Source: Methanotrichaceae archaeon (GTDB taxonomy: Archaea; Halobacteriota; Methanosarcinia; Methanotrichales; Methanotrichaceae). Taken from it: a stretch of 64,000 nucleotides of DNA. The DNA lies in contig CAWDLW010000008.1 of assembly GCA_963803145.1 (NCBI GenBank), positions 288,001 through 352,000 on the forward strand, read 5' to 3'. The notes under the pieces are model-generated. The model worked only from the letters and a program-made list of their open reading frames with translations, made no database searches and was not told the origin of the DNA. Positions 41,212-51,735 of the stretch are shown here, piece after piece; positions within the stretch are counted from its first letter, which is position 1, and every line of letters begins with the position of its first letter. The position numbers and the translations under genes were made by a program.

Positions 41212-42435
41212 TCAAACTAGATCTAGGGCCAGATCAAGATCTGCTATTATATCCTCCACATCCTCTATGCCTACCGATATCCTTACCAGGCCATCGGTAA
41301 CCCCCATTCTCAGCCGCTCCTCTTTTGGCACAACAGCATGTGTCATCGATGCAGGATGCTCAATCAGCGTATCCGTCGATCCAAGGCTCACGGCCAGCGT
41401 GAGCAGCTTTACTCCATCCATCAGCCTTCTACCAGCTTCAACTCCGCCTTTAACTTCAAAGGAGAGCATGCCGCTAAATCCGCTCATCTGTTTCTTGGCA
41501 ATATCATGCTGCGGATGACTCTTTAGTCCTGGGTAGTTCACCCTTTCAACTTTCGGGTGAGCCTCAAGGAACTCAGCAACCCTGAGGGCATTGTACGCAT
41601 GCCTTTCCATTCTCAGATGCAGCGTTTTTAGCCCCCTGATGCAGAGCCATGCCTCATGAGGACCCATCGTTCCTCCTATATTGACAGCGATCCGTTTGAT
41701 GCTGTTAACCAGATCCCTTGATCCGACAATTACGCCGCCGAGAAGATCGCCATGTCCGCCGATATATTTTGTACAGCTCTGGACTGAAAAATCAGCTCCC
41801 AGCTTGAGAGGCTGCTGAAAATAAGGAGTTGCAAAAGTGTTATCGACTGCCGATAGAGCCCCGGCATCGTGTGCGATCTCACAGATCGCACGAATATCGC
41901 TGACTGACATCGTAGGATTTGCAGGAGACTCAAGGAACACCATTCTGGTATCATCTCCTATTGCTGCCTTCACCTGCCCAAGATCCGTAGTATCTACGAA
42001 ACAGGTATTGATGCCGAATTTTGTGAGGGATGAGAAGAGGCCATAGGTCCCGCCGTAGACTGGGCTAGTGGATACTAGGTGGTCTCCCTTTTTGAGCTGG
42101 GAAAGAATAAGTGCAGTCTCAGCTGCCATGCCTGATGAGAAGGCGAGGCCGGAAGCGCCCTCCTCAAGGGAGCATATCTTTTCGAGGAAAGCAGCGTGTG
42201 TCGGAGTATTTGGTGCGGATCTTATGTATCTGTATCCTGTCATCTCTCCAGAGAATACAGCAGCTGCTTGCTCTGCATTTTCAAAGGTATAGGTCGATGT
42301 CTGGTAAATCGGTGTAGTATGAGCGCGATATGCATCTCTGCCCTCTCCGGCGCGGACGCAGCGAGTTCCGAACCTCATATTTTTATCCAAGGTTTCACCC
42401 ATTAGGTCTTTGATACTACTATTAACATTCTTCAT
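41212..42435 (-). CDS. PLP-dependent trans-sulfuration enzyme (methionine gamma-lyase/cystathionine gamma-synthase family)
   Basis: PIYQTSTY, SSGMAA, YGGT, ESPANP, DNTFATP, SCTKYIGGHGD, AVSLG, RISVGIE. Confidence 0.9.
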   Translation of the reverse strand: MKNVNSSIKDLMGETLDKNMRFGTRCVRAGEGRDAYRAHTTPIYQTSTYTFENAEQAAAVFSGEMTGYRYIRSAPNTPTHAAFLEKICSLEEGASGLAFSSGMAAETALILSQLKKGDHLVSTSPVYGGTYGLFSSLTKFGINTCFVDTTDLGQVKAAIGDDTRMVFLESPANPTMSVSDIRAICEIAHDAGALSAVDNTFATPYFQQPLKLGADFSVQSCTKYIGGHGDLLGGVIVGSRDLVNSIKRIAVNIGGTMGPHEAWLCIRGLKTLHLRMERHAYNALRVAEFLEAHPKVERVNYPGLKSHPQHDIAKKQMSGFSGMLSFEVKGGVEAGRRLMDGVKLLTLAVSLGSTDTLIEHPASMTHAVVPKEERLRMGVTDGLVRISVGIEDVEDIIADLDLALDLV

Positions 42436-42575
42436 AGAACTGTAGAAGATAAACTATGTTTTCCTCATTGCATCAAAGAGCTTAAGATGCCTCTGATAAA
42501 ACAAGCATCTATCGTCGACTATAATCAAAAATCGGAAATAATTCGCAACTACGTTGAAACGCAAGGAGATCTTCT

Positions 42576-44816
42576 TTAATAGAGGCCCTCATCCTTTAAA
42601 TTAGCAACAAACTTCCTGCCTATAGCCGACCCATTTTTGTAGAACAATGCTGGTTTCCCCAACGGCGCAGCAACATCTATCCAGATTCCTTTCGACACGT
42701 TCAGAGTATCTCCAGTCCACACATTCGTCCAGCTCCCTGCAGGAAGATAAAGCTGGACATTTGTTGCACCCTCATCGACCACTGGCGCAAACATAAACTC
42801 GGAACCGAACATATACTGATATCGCAAACCATAAGTGTCCGGATCATTCGGATATTCCAGGAAGGGATGTCGTACCACTGGATGTCCTGTGCTTGCGGCT
42901 TCTTCAACCAGCTGTTTACGGTAAAATCCAAGCGCCTGGTAGATTTTTGCCATACGCGCAAAGTGAGCCAGCGTTTCAGGATCACTATCTACCTGTGCGC
43001 TTATTGCCGGATTCAATCCTTCATGTGTTCGAAGAACGCTGGTAAACGTGCTGAGTTCAACCCATCGCATCAACAGCTCTTTGGAACGAGCAACTATCGG
43101 AACTTCCTTTCCCGATATGTTGACGGCAAAGGCATTGTACCCCCCTGTATCGCTGTGAGTCAAGCTGAAGCCCGATACTCCGCCCGATAGCATACCGACT
43201 ACAGCACTCTTTATACCGTCATATTCATCCCAGGTTTGCAATTGATCGCCCAACCAAAATAACGTTGCCTGTCCTGGACTCTGAGTGAAGCCAGAGCGAT
43301 CAAAGAAAACGATGTCGTCACCTCTCCCAGCTTCCTGGATCGCTTCACGGTTCACCTGTGCCCAAGCTTCAGGGTAATGGTTATGCCATACATCTGGACT
43401 GGCATTGTCGTACAGGGACGAATCAAACGGCAGAGCTTCTCCGAAGTCCGTCATCCAGCCCGATGCCCGAGCGTGTGTGATCATTTCATTCTTAATGATG
43501 TTTTTCATCCACTCACGCGCCGCAGGATTGCTAAGATCAACTAGCCCGGCATAAAAATCGGTATTCTTGATGAGATATGGCTTACCATCCTTTTTCTTGA
43601 CGAGATAACCTGCCTGCAGCGCCTGGTTAAACAGCTCATCATGCCCCGACGCATTTGTGAGAAATGGATTGATATAGATCATAATCCGAGCGCCCTGCTT
43701 CTGGAGCGCATCCACAAGCCCATCCCAATTGGGATAATACGATTCATTCAGTTTCCAGTTCCACCACAGCTGGCTTCCAATAGCGGTGACTCTTTTGCCT
43801 GGCCAGTCCTGGATCCAAAATGCTGCAATCGGCACGCCAGCTTTCACAAATGTATCAAGTTTTTGCTCGACAACATCCGTGCCGCCCTGGACGGAAATCA
43901 CCGCTCCCTGCAAAATCCAATCAGGCAGCGCACGCATTCGTCCGGCGTATTCGGTGTACTCTTGAATCAGGTCTAGAGGTATTTTACCGTGGAGAATGCG
44001 TCCTGTCATTTGGTTCGCAAATAGTGTAACCTCCACACGATCAGGGCTTTGCAGATCAAAGATGCTATATTCCTTATTCTCTAAAAATAGCGAGCGCAAC
44101 TTGCTTGTAATGTACTGCGGTGCGGGCGCCTCAGTTACGTATGGATTTCCTCCTCCGTCGTTCTGCGTCAAATCCACTACCCTGGTAAAAACCGGCAGGC
44201 CACGGCCGACGCCATGTTCCTGAACAAGAATGGGAATGATTTTACCTTTTTGATCAAAATAGGTGAGCTGTTCGCCGAAACCAAAAAAGTGTTCATCCGC
44301 CTCGGACGCGTATCGCAGGTAAATTCGATTCATGTCTGCTGCCTGAGGGCCCTCGAGTTGAAGTTGAAATTGCAGTTGATCAGCATCAACCGGCCTAAAG
44401 ATCAAGCTATAATTGACCGAATGCTCTGGGCCAATAAGAATACCATGCAAAACGAGTGCCGTGCCGTTCGCTTCGACGGCATCGATGCTCTGTTCCGTAC
44501 AGGAGGTGATAATGCTGTCGTTCACGGAAAACGATCCTTCGGGCGTGCCAAATTCACGTACGTCCGCCTGTCCAGATGCCGCACCAACAAACGCTGTATC
44601 CGGGATACTGGACCAAAGGACTCGTTCTGGTTCTGCCGAGTTAGTCACCCGGAGCGCAAATGGTTGCCCAGCACCGGCAAAAGACAAAATGAAATTTCCA
44701 ACTAGAAAAGAACCGCTCACATGCGAGGTAAGAGTTGTATTCATGGGTGATGCCTCTATTGCTGGAACAAGCATAGCTATGACCAGAGTAGCGATTATCT
44801 TCCAGATCCGATTCAT
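42576..44816 (-). CDS. Secreted glycoside hydrolase family 31 (YihQ-like alpha-glucosidase)
   Basis: Signal peptide, WIQDW...WWNW, YINPFL, GWMTDFGE (nucleophile), WLGDQ (acid/base), HSDTGGY, RTHEG. Confidence 0.9.
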   Translation of the reverse strand: MNRIWKIIATLVIAMLVPAIEASPMNTTLTSHVSGSFLVGNFILSFAGAGQPFALRVTNSAEPERVLWSSIPDTAFVGAASGQADVREFGTPEGSFSVNDSIITSCTEQSIDAVEANGTALVLHGILIGPEHSVNYSLIFRPVDADQLQFQLQLEGPQAADMNRIYLRYASEADEHFFGFGEQLTYFDQKGKIIPILVQEHGVGRGLPVFTRVVDLTQNDGGGNPYVTEAPAPQYITSKLRSLFLENKEYSIFDLQSPDRVEVTLFANQMTGRILHGKIPLDLIQEYTEYAGRMRALPDWILQGAVISVQGGTDVVEQKLDTFVKAGVPIAAFWIQDWPGKRVTAIGSQLWWNWKLNESYYPNWDGLVDALQKQGARIMIYINPFLTNASGHDELFNQALQAGYLVKKKDGKPYLIKNTDFYAGLVDLSNPAAREWMKNIIKNEMITHARASGWMTDFGEALPFDSSLYDNASPDVWHNHYPEAWAQVNREAIQEAGRGDDIVFFDRSGFTQSPGQATLFWLGDQLQTWDEYDGIKSAVVGMLSGGVSGFSLTHSDTGGYNAFAVNISGKEVPIVARSKELLMRWVELSTFTSVLRTHEGLNPAISAQVDSDPETLAHFARMAKIYQALGFYRKQLVEEAASTGHPVVRHPFLEYPNDPDTYGLRYQYMFGSEFMFAPVVDEGATNVQLYLPAGSWTNVWTGDTLNVSKGIWIDVAAPLGKPALFYKNGSAIGRKFVANLKDEGLY

Positions 44817-45048
44817 AAGTGGTACCTCTGGTATTGGAGCGATTTGAGGAGCCGTCGATGATAGTGAAGGCTCAAAGGGATAGCAAATTTGACGATTTAA
44901 CGGTGATAACAGCTATCTTATCACAATAATTAAGCGGGTTATTATCATTTAAAGATATCGTTCTACTCCTCAGAATTGAATACTTTAAATATATCTGTTC
45001 TGAGTTGGGCGCAAGATATCAATATCTAATGGGCTCACAGGAGAAAGC

Positions 45049-45582
45049 ATGATCTATTTTGTCACCAGCAATAAAGGGAAGCTCGTCGAGGCACAAGGCA
45101 TCTTCGATGAGGTCACACAGAGGAACTTAGGCTATACCGAAATCCAGGTGGATACACTTGAAGAAGTCGTAGTCTTCGGCATGAAAGAGGTTGCTCCAAA
45201 GCTGAAAGGACCTGTCATGATCGAGGATGCAGGGCTCTTCGTAGATGCGCTCAAGGGATTTCCGGGAGTTTATTCGGCCTATGTCCAGAAGACGATCGGC
45301 AATGAGGGAATACTGAAGCTGATGAAGGATGTAGAGGATCGCAGGGCCTATTTCCGCTCAGTTGTGGGCTATATCGAGCCTGGCATGGACCTAGTCATGT
45401 TCAGCGGAGAGGTGCATGGCAACATTGGCTTTGAGCAGCGGGGTAGAAAGGGCTTTGGTTACGATCCCATCTTTTATATTAATGAGAAGAGCCTCGGTGA
45501 AATGGATATTGAGGAGAAAAACAAGATATCTCATCGTGGTCAATCGATGAATGCTCTGAAGCAATGGCTTGATAACCGCTGA
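45049..45582 (+). CDS. rdgB: RdgB/HAM1 non-canonical purine NTP pyrophosphatase
   Basis: FVTSNKGK, EDAGL...GFPGVYS, GFGYDPIF, KNKISHRG. Confidence 0.93.
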   Translation: MIYFVTSNKGKLVEAQGIFDEVTQRNLGYTEIQVDTLEEVVVFGMKEVAPKLKGPVMIEDAGLFVDALKGFPGVYSAYVQKTIGNEGILKLMKDVEDRRAYFRSVVGYIEPGMDLVMFSGEVHGNIGFEQRGRKGFGYDPIFYINEKSLGEMDIEEKNKISHRGQSMNALKQWLDNR

Positions 45583-45598
45583 TCAGCATTCCCTTTGA

Positions 45599-45856
45599 TC
45601 AGCACTTCTTTTTCTGAAGGGCGCAGCGCGGAAGCATCCTATCATCGATGACTTTGATATGCGGAGCCTGAACTGCCGATATGTAGAGCTTTTGCGATCC
45701 AACTGCGATTACTATATCCGTAGGCTTGGGCGGGCTTATCCTAACCGGGAAAATAAGCGGCCCCTCACAGGTGGTAGCGATTCTAAGATCTGTTGATCTG
45801 GAGCGAATATACTCTTCCATTGCGGGATCAATTCTAAATGGCGATTTTGCTGGCAT
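45599..45856 (-). CDS. Small hypothetical protein
   Basis: 85 aa ORF with TTCEGP and PPKPTD segments in an otherwise empty interval. Confidence 0.6.
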   Translation of the reverse strand: MPAKSPFRIDPAMEEYIRSRSTDLRIATTCEGPLIFPVRISPPKPTDIVIAVGSQKLYISAVQAPHIKVIDDRMLPRCALQKKKC

Positions 45857-46174
45857 TTGTAGATAAAATGTGCTGGCCCTAGAAATAGTATTTTATCGCT
45901 CTATTTGCGTAAAATTCTTGATAGTCTTTGTGAGATCTCATTATTTCTCAGTAATGAGGCAGAGGGATATTCGGCATTTTAAGGGTCCCGTATCTATTGT
46001 TCCTATGCTCTTTTATCGTGGCAATATCCAATAATATTTAGTATGTTTGATACGTAAATATCAATCCTTTGCCAATATTTGGCGCAGATAAAGCAAAAGA
46101 TTTGAGAATCATCTTTTAAGGGTGATTATGATCAATACTACGATAGCTGATATTATAATATTGGATAATATCGC

Positions 46175-48121
46175 ATGCCAAGAGATGCATCACTAACAGA
46201 TAAGCCGCAGCCCGAAGTCTGCAGAAGGCTTCCTGTCGGCGCCGAGGTACAGCCTGATGGAGGCGTTCATTTCAGGGTCTGGGCGCCAAGTAAGAGAACG
46301 GTTGCAGTAGTGATAGAGGACGGCAGATCTAAAGGCATGGATATCAAGCTGATGCCAGAGGGAAACGGCTACTTCTCAGGCAAGGCTGAGGAAACTGGAA
46401 ACGGTACCCTCTATCGCTATCGTCTGGATGGGAATGAAAACCTCTATCCAGACCCAGCATCTCGCTTCCAGCCACAGGGTCCTCATGGGCCTTCGCAAGT
46501 TATAGATCCTGGAACATTTGAATGGACAGATAGCGACTGGCCTGGGTCCAGCCTGAAAGGCCAGGTCCTATACGAGATGCATATCGGAACCTTCACCAAA
46601 GAGGGGACTCTTCAGGCTGCAGGCCGTGAGCTGCCAGAACTGACAGAAGTAGGAATAACGGCCATAGAGATGATGCCTGTCGCCGAGTTCCCAGGGAAGT
46701 TCGGATGGGGATACGATGGGGTTGACCTATTCGCACCCTCGCAGCTATATGGCCAGCCGGACGATCTCCGCAGCTTTGTGGATATGGCGCATTCTGCAGG
46801 CATTGGAATTATACTTGATGTAGTCTATAACCATCTGGGGCCAGACGGAAATTATCTGCTACAGTTCTCGCCTGATTATTTTACTGGTCTTCATAAAACC
46901 GATTGGGGCTCGCCAATAAACTTCTATGGAGAGAACTCTGAGCCAGTAAGGGAGTTCTTCTTGGCCAATGCTGGCTATTGGATAGATGAGTTCCATATGG
47001 ATGGGCTGAGGATAGATGCCACCCAGAACATATACGATAAATCGCCTTCCCCACGCCACATCTTCACACAGATGGTGCAGCGGGTGAGGGAGGCTGCACA
47101 TGGTAGGGCTACTATCGTTATTGGAGAAAATGAGCCGCAGGACTCAAGGCTTATCAGGCCTCCGAATCAGGGCGGATACGGCATGGATGCTCTCTGGAAT
47201 GATGATTTCCATCACAGCGCCATGGTAGCTATGACAGGACGTAACGAGGCCTACTATACCGATTATCTTGGCAAGCCCCAGGAGTTCATATCAGCGGTAA
47301 AATGGGGATATCTGTATCAGGGTCAGCGCTATAAATGGCAGAAGAAAAGGCGGGGCAAACCCGCATTAGATATAGAGCCAGCAGCTTTTGTAATATTTAT
47401 TCAAAATCATGATCAAATTGCAAACTCGGGCAGAGGGCTGCGCGCTCATATGCTGACAAGTCCTGGAAGATATAAGGCTATTACGGCGCTGATGCTGCTG
47501 GCACCGGGAACGCCCATGCTTTTCCAGGGCGAGGAGTTCGCAGCATCAAGCCCATTCTATTACTTTGCAGATCATAAGCCCGAGATCTCCAAGCTAACAC
47601 ATATGGGACGCAAGAGATTTCTTAAACAGTTCCTAAGCCTTGCTACGAGAGATATGCAGGAGTCGATCCAAAGTCCCAGCGATCCAGAACTCTTCGAGCG
47701 ATCAAAGCTGGATCTATCTGAGCGGAAGAGTCACGAGGGAGTCTACACTATGCATAAAGATCTCCTTAAGCTAAGAAGAGAGGATCCCACATTCAGTGCA
47801 CAGTGTAAGGGTGCTATCGATGGCTCGGTATTGGGGGAGGAGGCATTCTTATTGCGCTTTTTCTCAGATGAGAGCAAAGACCGCTTATTGCTTGTAAATT
47901 TAGGCAGAGACCTTCATCTGGACCCTGCACCTGATCCATTGCTGGCTCCGCCTGAGGATAGGCTGTGGAAGGTCATATTTGCTACCACAGATCCGCGTTA
48001 TGGCGGCTGTGGAACGCCTGTTCCTGACACCAGAGATAATTGGCATATCCCGGGACACGCTGCCTTAGTTCTTGCGCCCCGCGCATACAATCAACCTATC
48101 TGGGAGAGTTCACATGAATGA
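46175..48121 (+). CDS. treZ: Malto-oligosyltrehalose trehalohydrolase (GH13)
   Basis: FRVWAP, PDPASRFQPQGPHG, YEMHIGTFT, WGYDGV, DVVYNHLGPDG, GLRIDA, WNDDFHH, QNHDQIAN. Confidence 0.9.
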   Translation: MPRDASLTDKPQPEVCRRLPVGAEVQPDGGVHFRVWAPSKRTVAVVIEDGRSKGMDIKLMPEGNGYFSGKAEETGNGTLYRYRLDGNENLYPDPASRFQPQGPHGPSQVIDPGTFEWTDSDWPGSSLKGQVLYEMHIGTFTKEGTLQAAGRELPELTEVGITAIEMMPVAEFPGKFGWGYDGVDLFAPSQLYGQPDDLRSFVDMAHSAGIGIILDVVYNHLGPDGNYLLQFSPDYFTGLHKTDWGSPINFYGENSEPVREFFLANAGYWIDEFHMDGLRIDATQNIYDKSPSPRHIFTQMVQRVREAAHGRATIVIGENEPQDSRLIRPPNQGGYGMDALWNDDFHHSAMVAMTGRNEAYYTDYLGKPQEFISAVKWGYLYQGQRYKWQKKRRGKPALDIEPAAFVIFIQNHDQIANSGRGLRAHMLTSPGRYKAITALMLLAPGTPMLFQGEEFAASSPFYYFADHKPEISKLTHMGRKRFLKQFLSLATRDMQESIQSPSDPELFERSKLDLSERKSHEGVYTMHKDLLKLRREDPTFSAQCKGAIDGSVLGEEAFLLRFFSDESKDRLLLVNLGRDLHLDPAPDPLLAPPEDRLWKVIFATTDPRYGGCGTPVPDTRDNWHIPGHAALVLAPRAYNQPIWESSHE

Positions 48122-50156
48122 AATAGTCCGTAGGATTACATGGCCTGGGGCTTGCGCTCTGGAATCCAGGCAGCTTTTGAGGAGGGAATGGCTTGTAACA
48201 AACGGCCTAGGAGGATATGCCTCAGGAACCGTCGTAGGTGCAACCACACGCCGCTATCACGGGCTGCTTATATCCGCTCTGCCCGATCCTTTCGGCAGAT
48301 GGATGATGCTCAACCACCTCTTCGAACATCTGAGGCTGCCTGATGGGAGCACTATACCATTCAGCGGTGGAGAAGGTGAGTATCATGCCGTGGCTACAGA
48401 TGCAGCTAGATGCCTGACGGAATTCCGTCTGGAAATGGGGCTGCCTATTTGGAAATACGATGTGGGCGGATACATAATAGAGAAAAGGATATTGATGCCC
48501 CATATGCAGAACACTGTGCACGTTAATTATCATTTGCTTTCTGGACCGGGGCCAGTTAAGCTGGAGATAAGGCCCTCTATCAATTTTCGATCTCATGACA
48601 CACCCGTTAGCCAGCCGCCATCGCTGCCTTATGAGCTTTCCATAATTGGAGATCGCTATGAAATCTCGGAGCCCGAAAACCCGGGATTACGATCTCTCAG
48701 AATGCTGGTACATGGCCAGAATGCTACATTTACAATGGAGGGCGGCACATTACAAGAGATGTTCTACAGGCGTGAGGCCGATCGTGGATACGATGCCAGG
48801 GGCATGCTCTGGAGCCCAGGCTACTTCAGCACAGACCTTACTTCAGGCCGGGATGCAACTCTTGTCGCCTCTACCCACAGCTGGAAAATAATCATGGCAT
48901 TGAAGCCTGATGAGGCAATGGCCGCAGAGATAGACAGGAAGACAAGGCTGATCTCCAGATCCCAAAGGGAGGTTCAGGAGGGGCCTGCTGGGGAGCTGGT
49001 GCTGGCAGCAGATCAGTTTATTGTCAACCCGATAGGACGTATAGTGGATTTAGCTCGTTCTAATGCCGCGGGAGATGAGCTCCGCACAGTTGTAGCTGGA
49101 TATCACTGGTTTACAGATTGGGGTAGAGACACAATGATTAGCCTTGAAGGGCTGACACTGACTGCAAACCGATATAACCAGGCACGCTGGATACTGCGCA
49201 CATTTGCCCATTATATTAAAGATGGCCTAATTCCTAACCGCTTCCCTGAGGGAGAGAGCGAGGGCGTATATAACACAGCTGATGCAACCCTATGGTTCTT
49301 CCATGCCATAGATCGCTACGTTGAGACTACAGGCGATAAAGCCACACTTAGAATCCTCCTGCCGAGGATGAGAGAAATTATTGATTATCACATTAGAGGC
49401 ACCAGATTCGGAATAGGGGTCGATCCTAAGGACGGCCTCCTCAGGCAAGGAGAGGAAGGCTATGCCCTCACCTGGATGGATGCAAAGGTACGAGGCTGGG
49501 TTGTGACGCCTAGGAGGGGAAAGGCTGTGGAGATCGAGGCTTTATGGTATAATGCCCTGAAGATAATGGAGAATTGGGTTCGTGAGGAGGTAGGCGAGGA
49601 CTTTGCAAAGCCACTAGCCGAGCATGCTGAACATGCAAGACAATCCTTTAATAAGCGCTTTTGGTATTCGGAAGGTGGATATCTGTATGATGTCGTCGAT
49701 GGTGAGCATGGCGATGACTCCTCGTGTAGGCCAAATCAGGTGATGGCCATATCCCTCAAGCATCCAATTCTGGATCGGGAGTATTGGGAGCCTGTACTTA
49801 AAGTTGTAGAAGAGCGATTACTTACACCTGTAGGTCTGCGCAGCCTTGCACCGGGAAGCCCTGATTATAAGTCCAAATACTTTGGTGACCTCAGGGCACG
49901 TGATGCTGCATATCATCAGGGGACTGTTTGGGCGTGGCTTATAGGTCCTTTCATCGATGCCTGGCTGAGGGTTCATCCCGAAGAACGACAAGGAGCAAGG
50001 AAGTTCTTGCTTGGATTCATACCCCAACTAGACCAAGCTGGCATAGGTTCCATAAGCGAAGTATTCGATGCAGAGCCTCCGTTTACTCCACATGGGTGCA
50101 TAGCACAGGCATGGAGCGTGGCAGAGATATTGCGCTGCTGGGCAAAGACGGCATGA
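48114..50156 (+). CDS. Amylo-alpha-1,6-glucosidase (glycogen debranching enzyme)
   Basis: EWLVTNGLGGYAS, TRRYHGLL, AGYHWFTDWGRDTMISLEGL, LTWMDAK, YHQGTVWAWL, AQAWSVAE. Confidence 0.92.
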   Translation: MNEIVRRITWPGACALESRQLLRREWLVTNGLGGYASGTVVGATTRRYHGLLISALPDPFGRWMMLNHLFEHLRLPDGSTIPFSGGEGEYHAVATDAARCLTEFRLEMGLPIWKYDVGGYIIEKRILMPHMQNTVHVNYHLLSGPGPVKLEIRPSINFRSHDTPVSQPPSLPYELSIIGDRYEISEPENPGLRSLRMLVHGQNATFTMEGGTLQEMFYRREADRGYDARGMLWSPGYFSTDLTSGRDATLVASTHSWKIIMALKPDEAMAAEIDRKTRLISRSQREVQEGPAGELVLAADQFIVNPIGRIVDLARSNAAGDELRTVVAGYHWFTDWGRDTMISLEGLTLTANRYNQARWILRTFAHYIKDGLIPNRFPEGESEGVYNTADATLWFFHAIDRYVETTGDKATLRILLPRMREIIDYHIRGTRFGIGVDPKDGLLRQGEEGYALTWMDAKVRGWVVTPRRGKAVEIEALWYNALKIMENWVREEVGEDFAKPLAEHAEHARQSFNKRFWYSEGGYLYDVVDGEHGDDSSCRPNQVMAISLKHPILDREYWEPVLKVVEERLLTPVGLRSLAPGSPDYKSKYFGDLRARDAAYHQGTVWAWLIGPFIDAWLRVHPEERQGARKFLLGFIPQLDQAGIGSISEVFDAEPPFTPHGCIAQAWSVAEILRCWAKTA

Positions 50157-50191
50157 GCATAAAGGAACTTTTATAATATGTAAAATTTTAA

Positions 50192-50572
50192 TTAAAAATC
50201 GTCATGGCTGTCGTGGCTGCATCCTTCATGGTTATGATCGCAAGATTCCGTATCGTGATCACAGGTATCTGCATGATCGCAGCCTCCACAGCCTTCGATT
50301 ACATCTTCAGGGCCGCGGATTACAAAACCAGTTCCACGATCATCACTCACATAGTCGATTATTGTCTCGCGAAGAAGTTCGGCATCTTGAGGGCTCATAT
50401 GGATCTTGATTCCCCTGCTATCGAAAACAACATCATCCTTTTCAGGATTGCCTAATGCCAGGCCATAGTTGGCACCTGTCGCATCTATAGCTGCTAGGAA
50501 CATCCGGATTACCTTGCCCTCTGCAAGGCTGCGCTTGAGTATATTAGCAGCGGCTTCTGTGATCTCAATCAT
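50192..50572 (-). CDS. HesB/IscA-like protein with His/Cys-rich tail
   Basis: IEITEAAA...YGLAL...DDVVF...IDYV...GFVI. Tail with CDH repeats. Confidence 0.75.
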   Translation of the reverse strand: MIEITEAAANILKRSLAEGKVIRMFLAAIDATGANYGLALGNPEKDDVVFDSRGIKIHMSPQDAELLRETIIDYVSDDRGTGFVIRGPEDVIEGCGGCDHADTCDHDTESCDHNHEGCSHDSHDDF

Positions 50573-50702
50573 GAGGAACACTTCCGTTTTATATCTCTTC
50601 AAAACTCGTATTTAAAGGATCTTACGGGCAGCCTGTAGGTATTTATAAATTATGTATCAGCAGTATAGGATATTATCATAGAGAGTTTACAGGTAATGTC
50701 GC

Positions 50703-51713
50703 ATGGGAGTTGATTTAGGAGATTTGGTTCAAAAGAAGAGGATAGAAATAAAGAACCTAACAGGAAGATGGATAGCCGTTGATGCTTTCAACACGCTCTA
50801 TCAGTTTCTCAGCATAATCCGGCAAAAGGACGGCACGCCGCTCATGGATAGCTCCGGCAGGGTGACTTCACATCTATCGGGCCTTCTTTACCGCACAACG
50901 AACTTAATTGAATTAGGGGTGAAGGTCGTTTTCGTCTTTGATGGAGAACCTTTTCACTTTAAGTCCGGAACGCTCCAGGAGAGATCTGGGGTAAGAGCAA
51001 AGGCCGCTGTAGCCTGGGAAGAGGCGCGTGCGGAAGGTCGTGATGGATTTAAGTATGCACAAGCTGCCTCAAAGATCAACGCAGAAATTTTGGAGGATGC
51101 AAGACGCCTAATTTCTTCAATGGGACTGCCGATGGTCCAGGCGCCTTCCGAGGGAGAGGCACAGGCCGCTTATATGGCGGCTAAAGGTGATGTTTATGCA
51201 GCAGGCAGCCAGGATTATGACTCCTTGTTATTTGGCGCCGCTAATGTGGTCAGGAACCTTGCAATAACCGGCAAGAGGAAGCTGCCCAGAAGGAATGTTT
51301 ATGTGGATGTTGAGCCTGAACTTATCGTTTTAGATGAAGAGCTTTCAAAGCTTGGAGTTACAAGAAAGCAGCTTATAGAGATAGGCATCATGTGCGGCAC
51401 AGATTATAATCAAGGATTGCCGAGAGTGGGTCCAAAAACGGCGCTGAAGCTTATCAAGGAGCATGAAGACCTGGAATCTGTTCTCGCGAGCCAGGGGGAG
51501 ACGATAGCTCATCACGAAGAGATTAGAGAGTTCTTCCTGCACCCGGATGTCACTGACGATTATATGACTAAGATAACCAGGCCCAATGTGAAGGAGATTA
51601 TGTCCTTCCTGGTCGATGAAAGAGACTTCGATCCTGATAGGGTGGAAAAGATCGCCAATAGGCTTGAGGAGGTTTATCGGAGTGGACAGAGTACCCTCGA
51701 TAAGTGGTTCTAG
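50703..51713 (+). CDS. fen: Flap endonuclease 1
   Basis: MGVDL, DAFNTLYQFL, APSEGEAQAA, SQDYD, GTDYN, PIP box QSTLDKWF. Confidence 0.97.
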   Translation: MGVDLGDLVQKKRIEIKNLTGRWIAVDAFNTLYQFLSIIRQKDGTPLMDSSGRVTSHLSGLLYRTTNLIELGVKVVFVFDGEPFHFKSGTLQERSGVRAKAAVAWEEARAEGRDGFKYAQAASKINAEILEDARRLISSMGLPMVQAPSEGEAQAAYMAAKGDVYAAGSQDYDSLLFGAANVVRNLAITGKRKLPRRNVYVDVEPELIVLDEELSKLGVTRKQLIEIGIMCGTDYNQGLPRVGPKTALKLIKEHEDLESVLASQGETIAHHEEIREFFLHPDVTDDYMTKITRPNVKEIMSFLVDERDFDPDRVEKIANRLEEVYRSGQSTLDKWF

Positions 51714-51735
51714 CCTCCAGTTCGATCTTGAAGAG

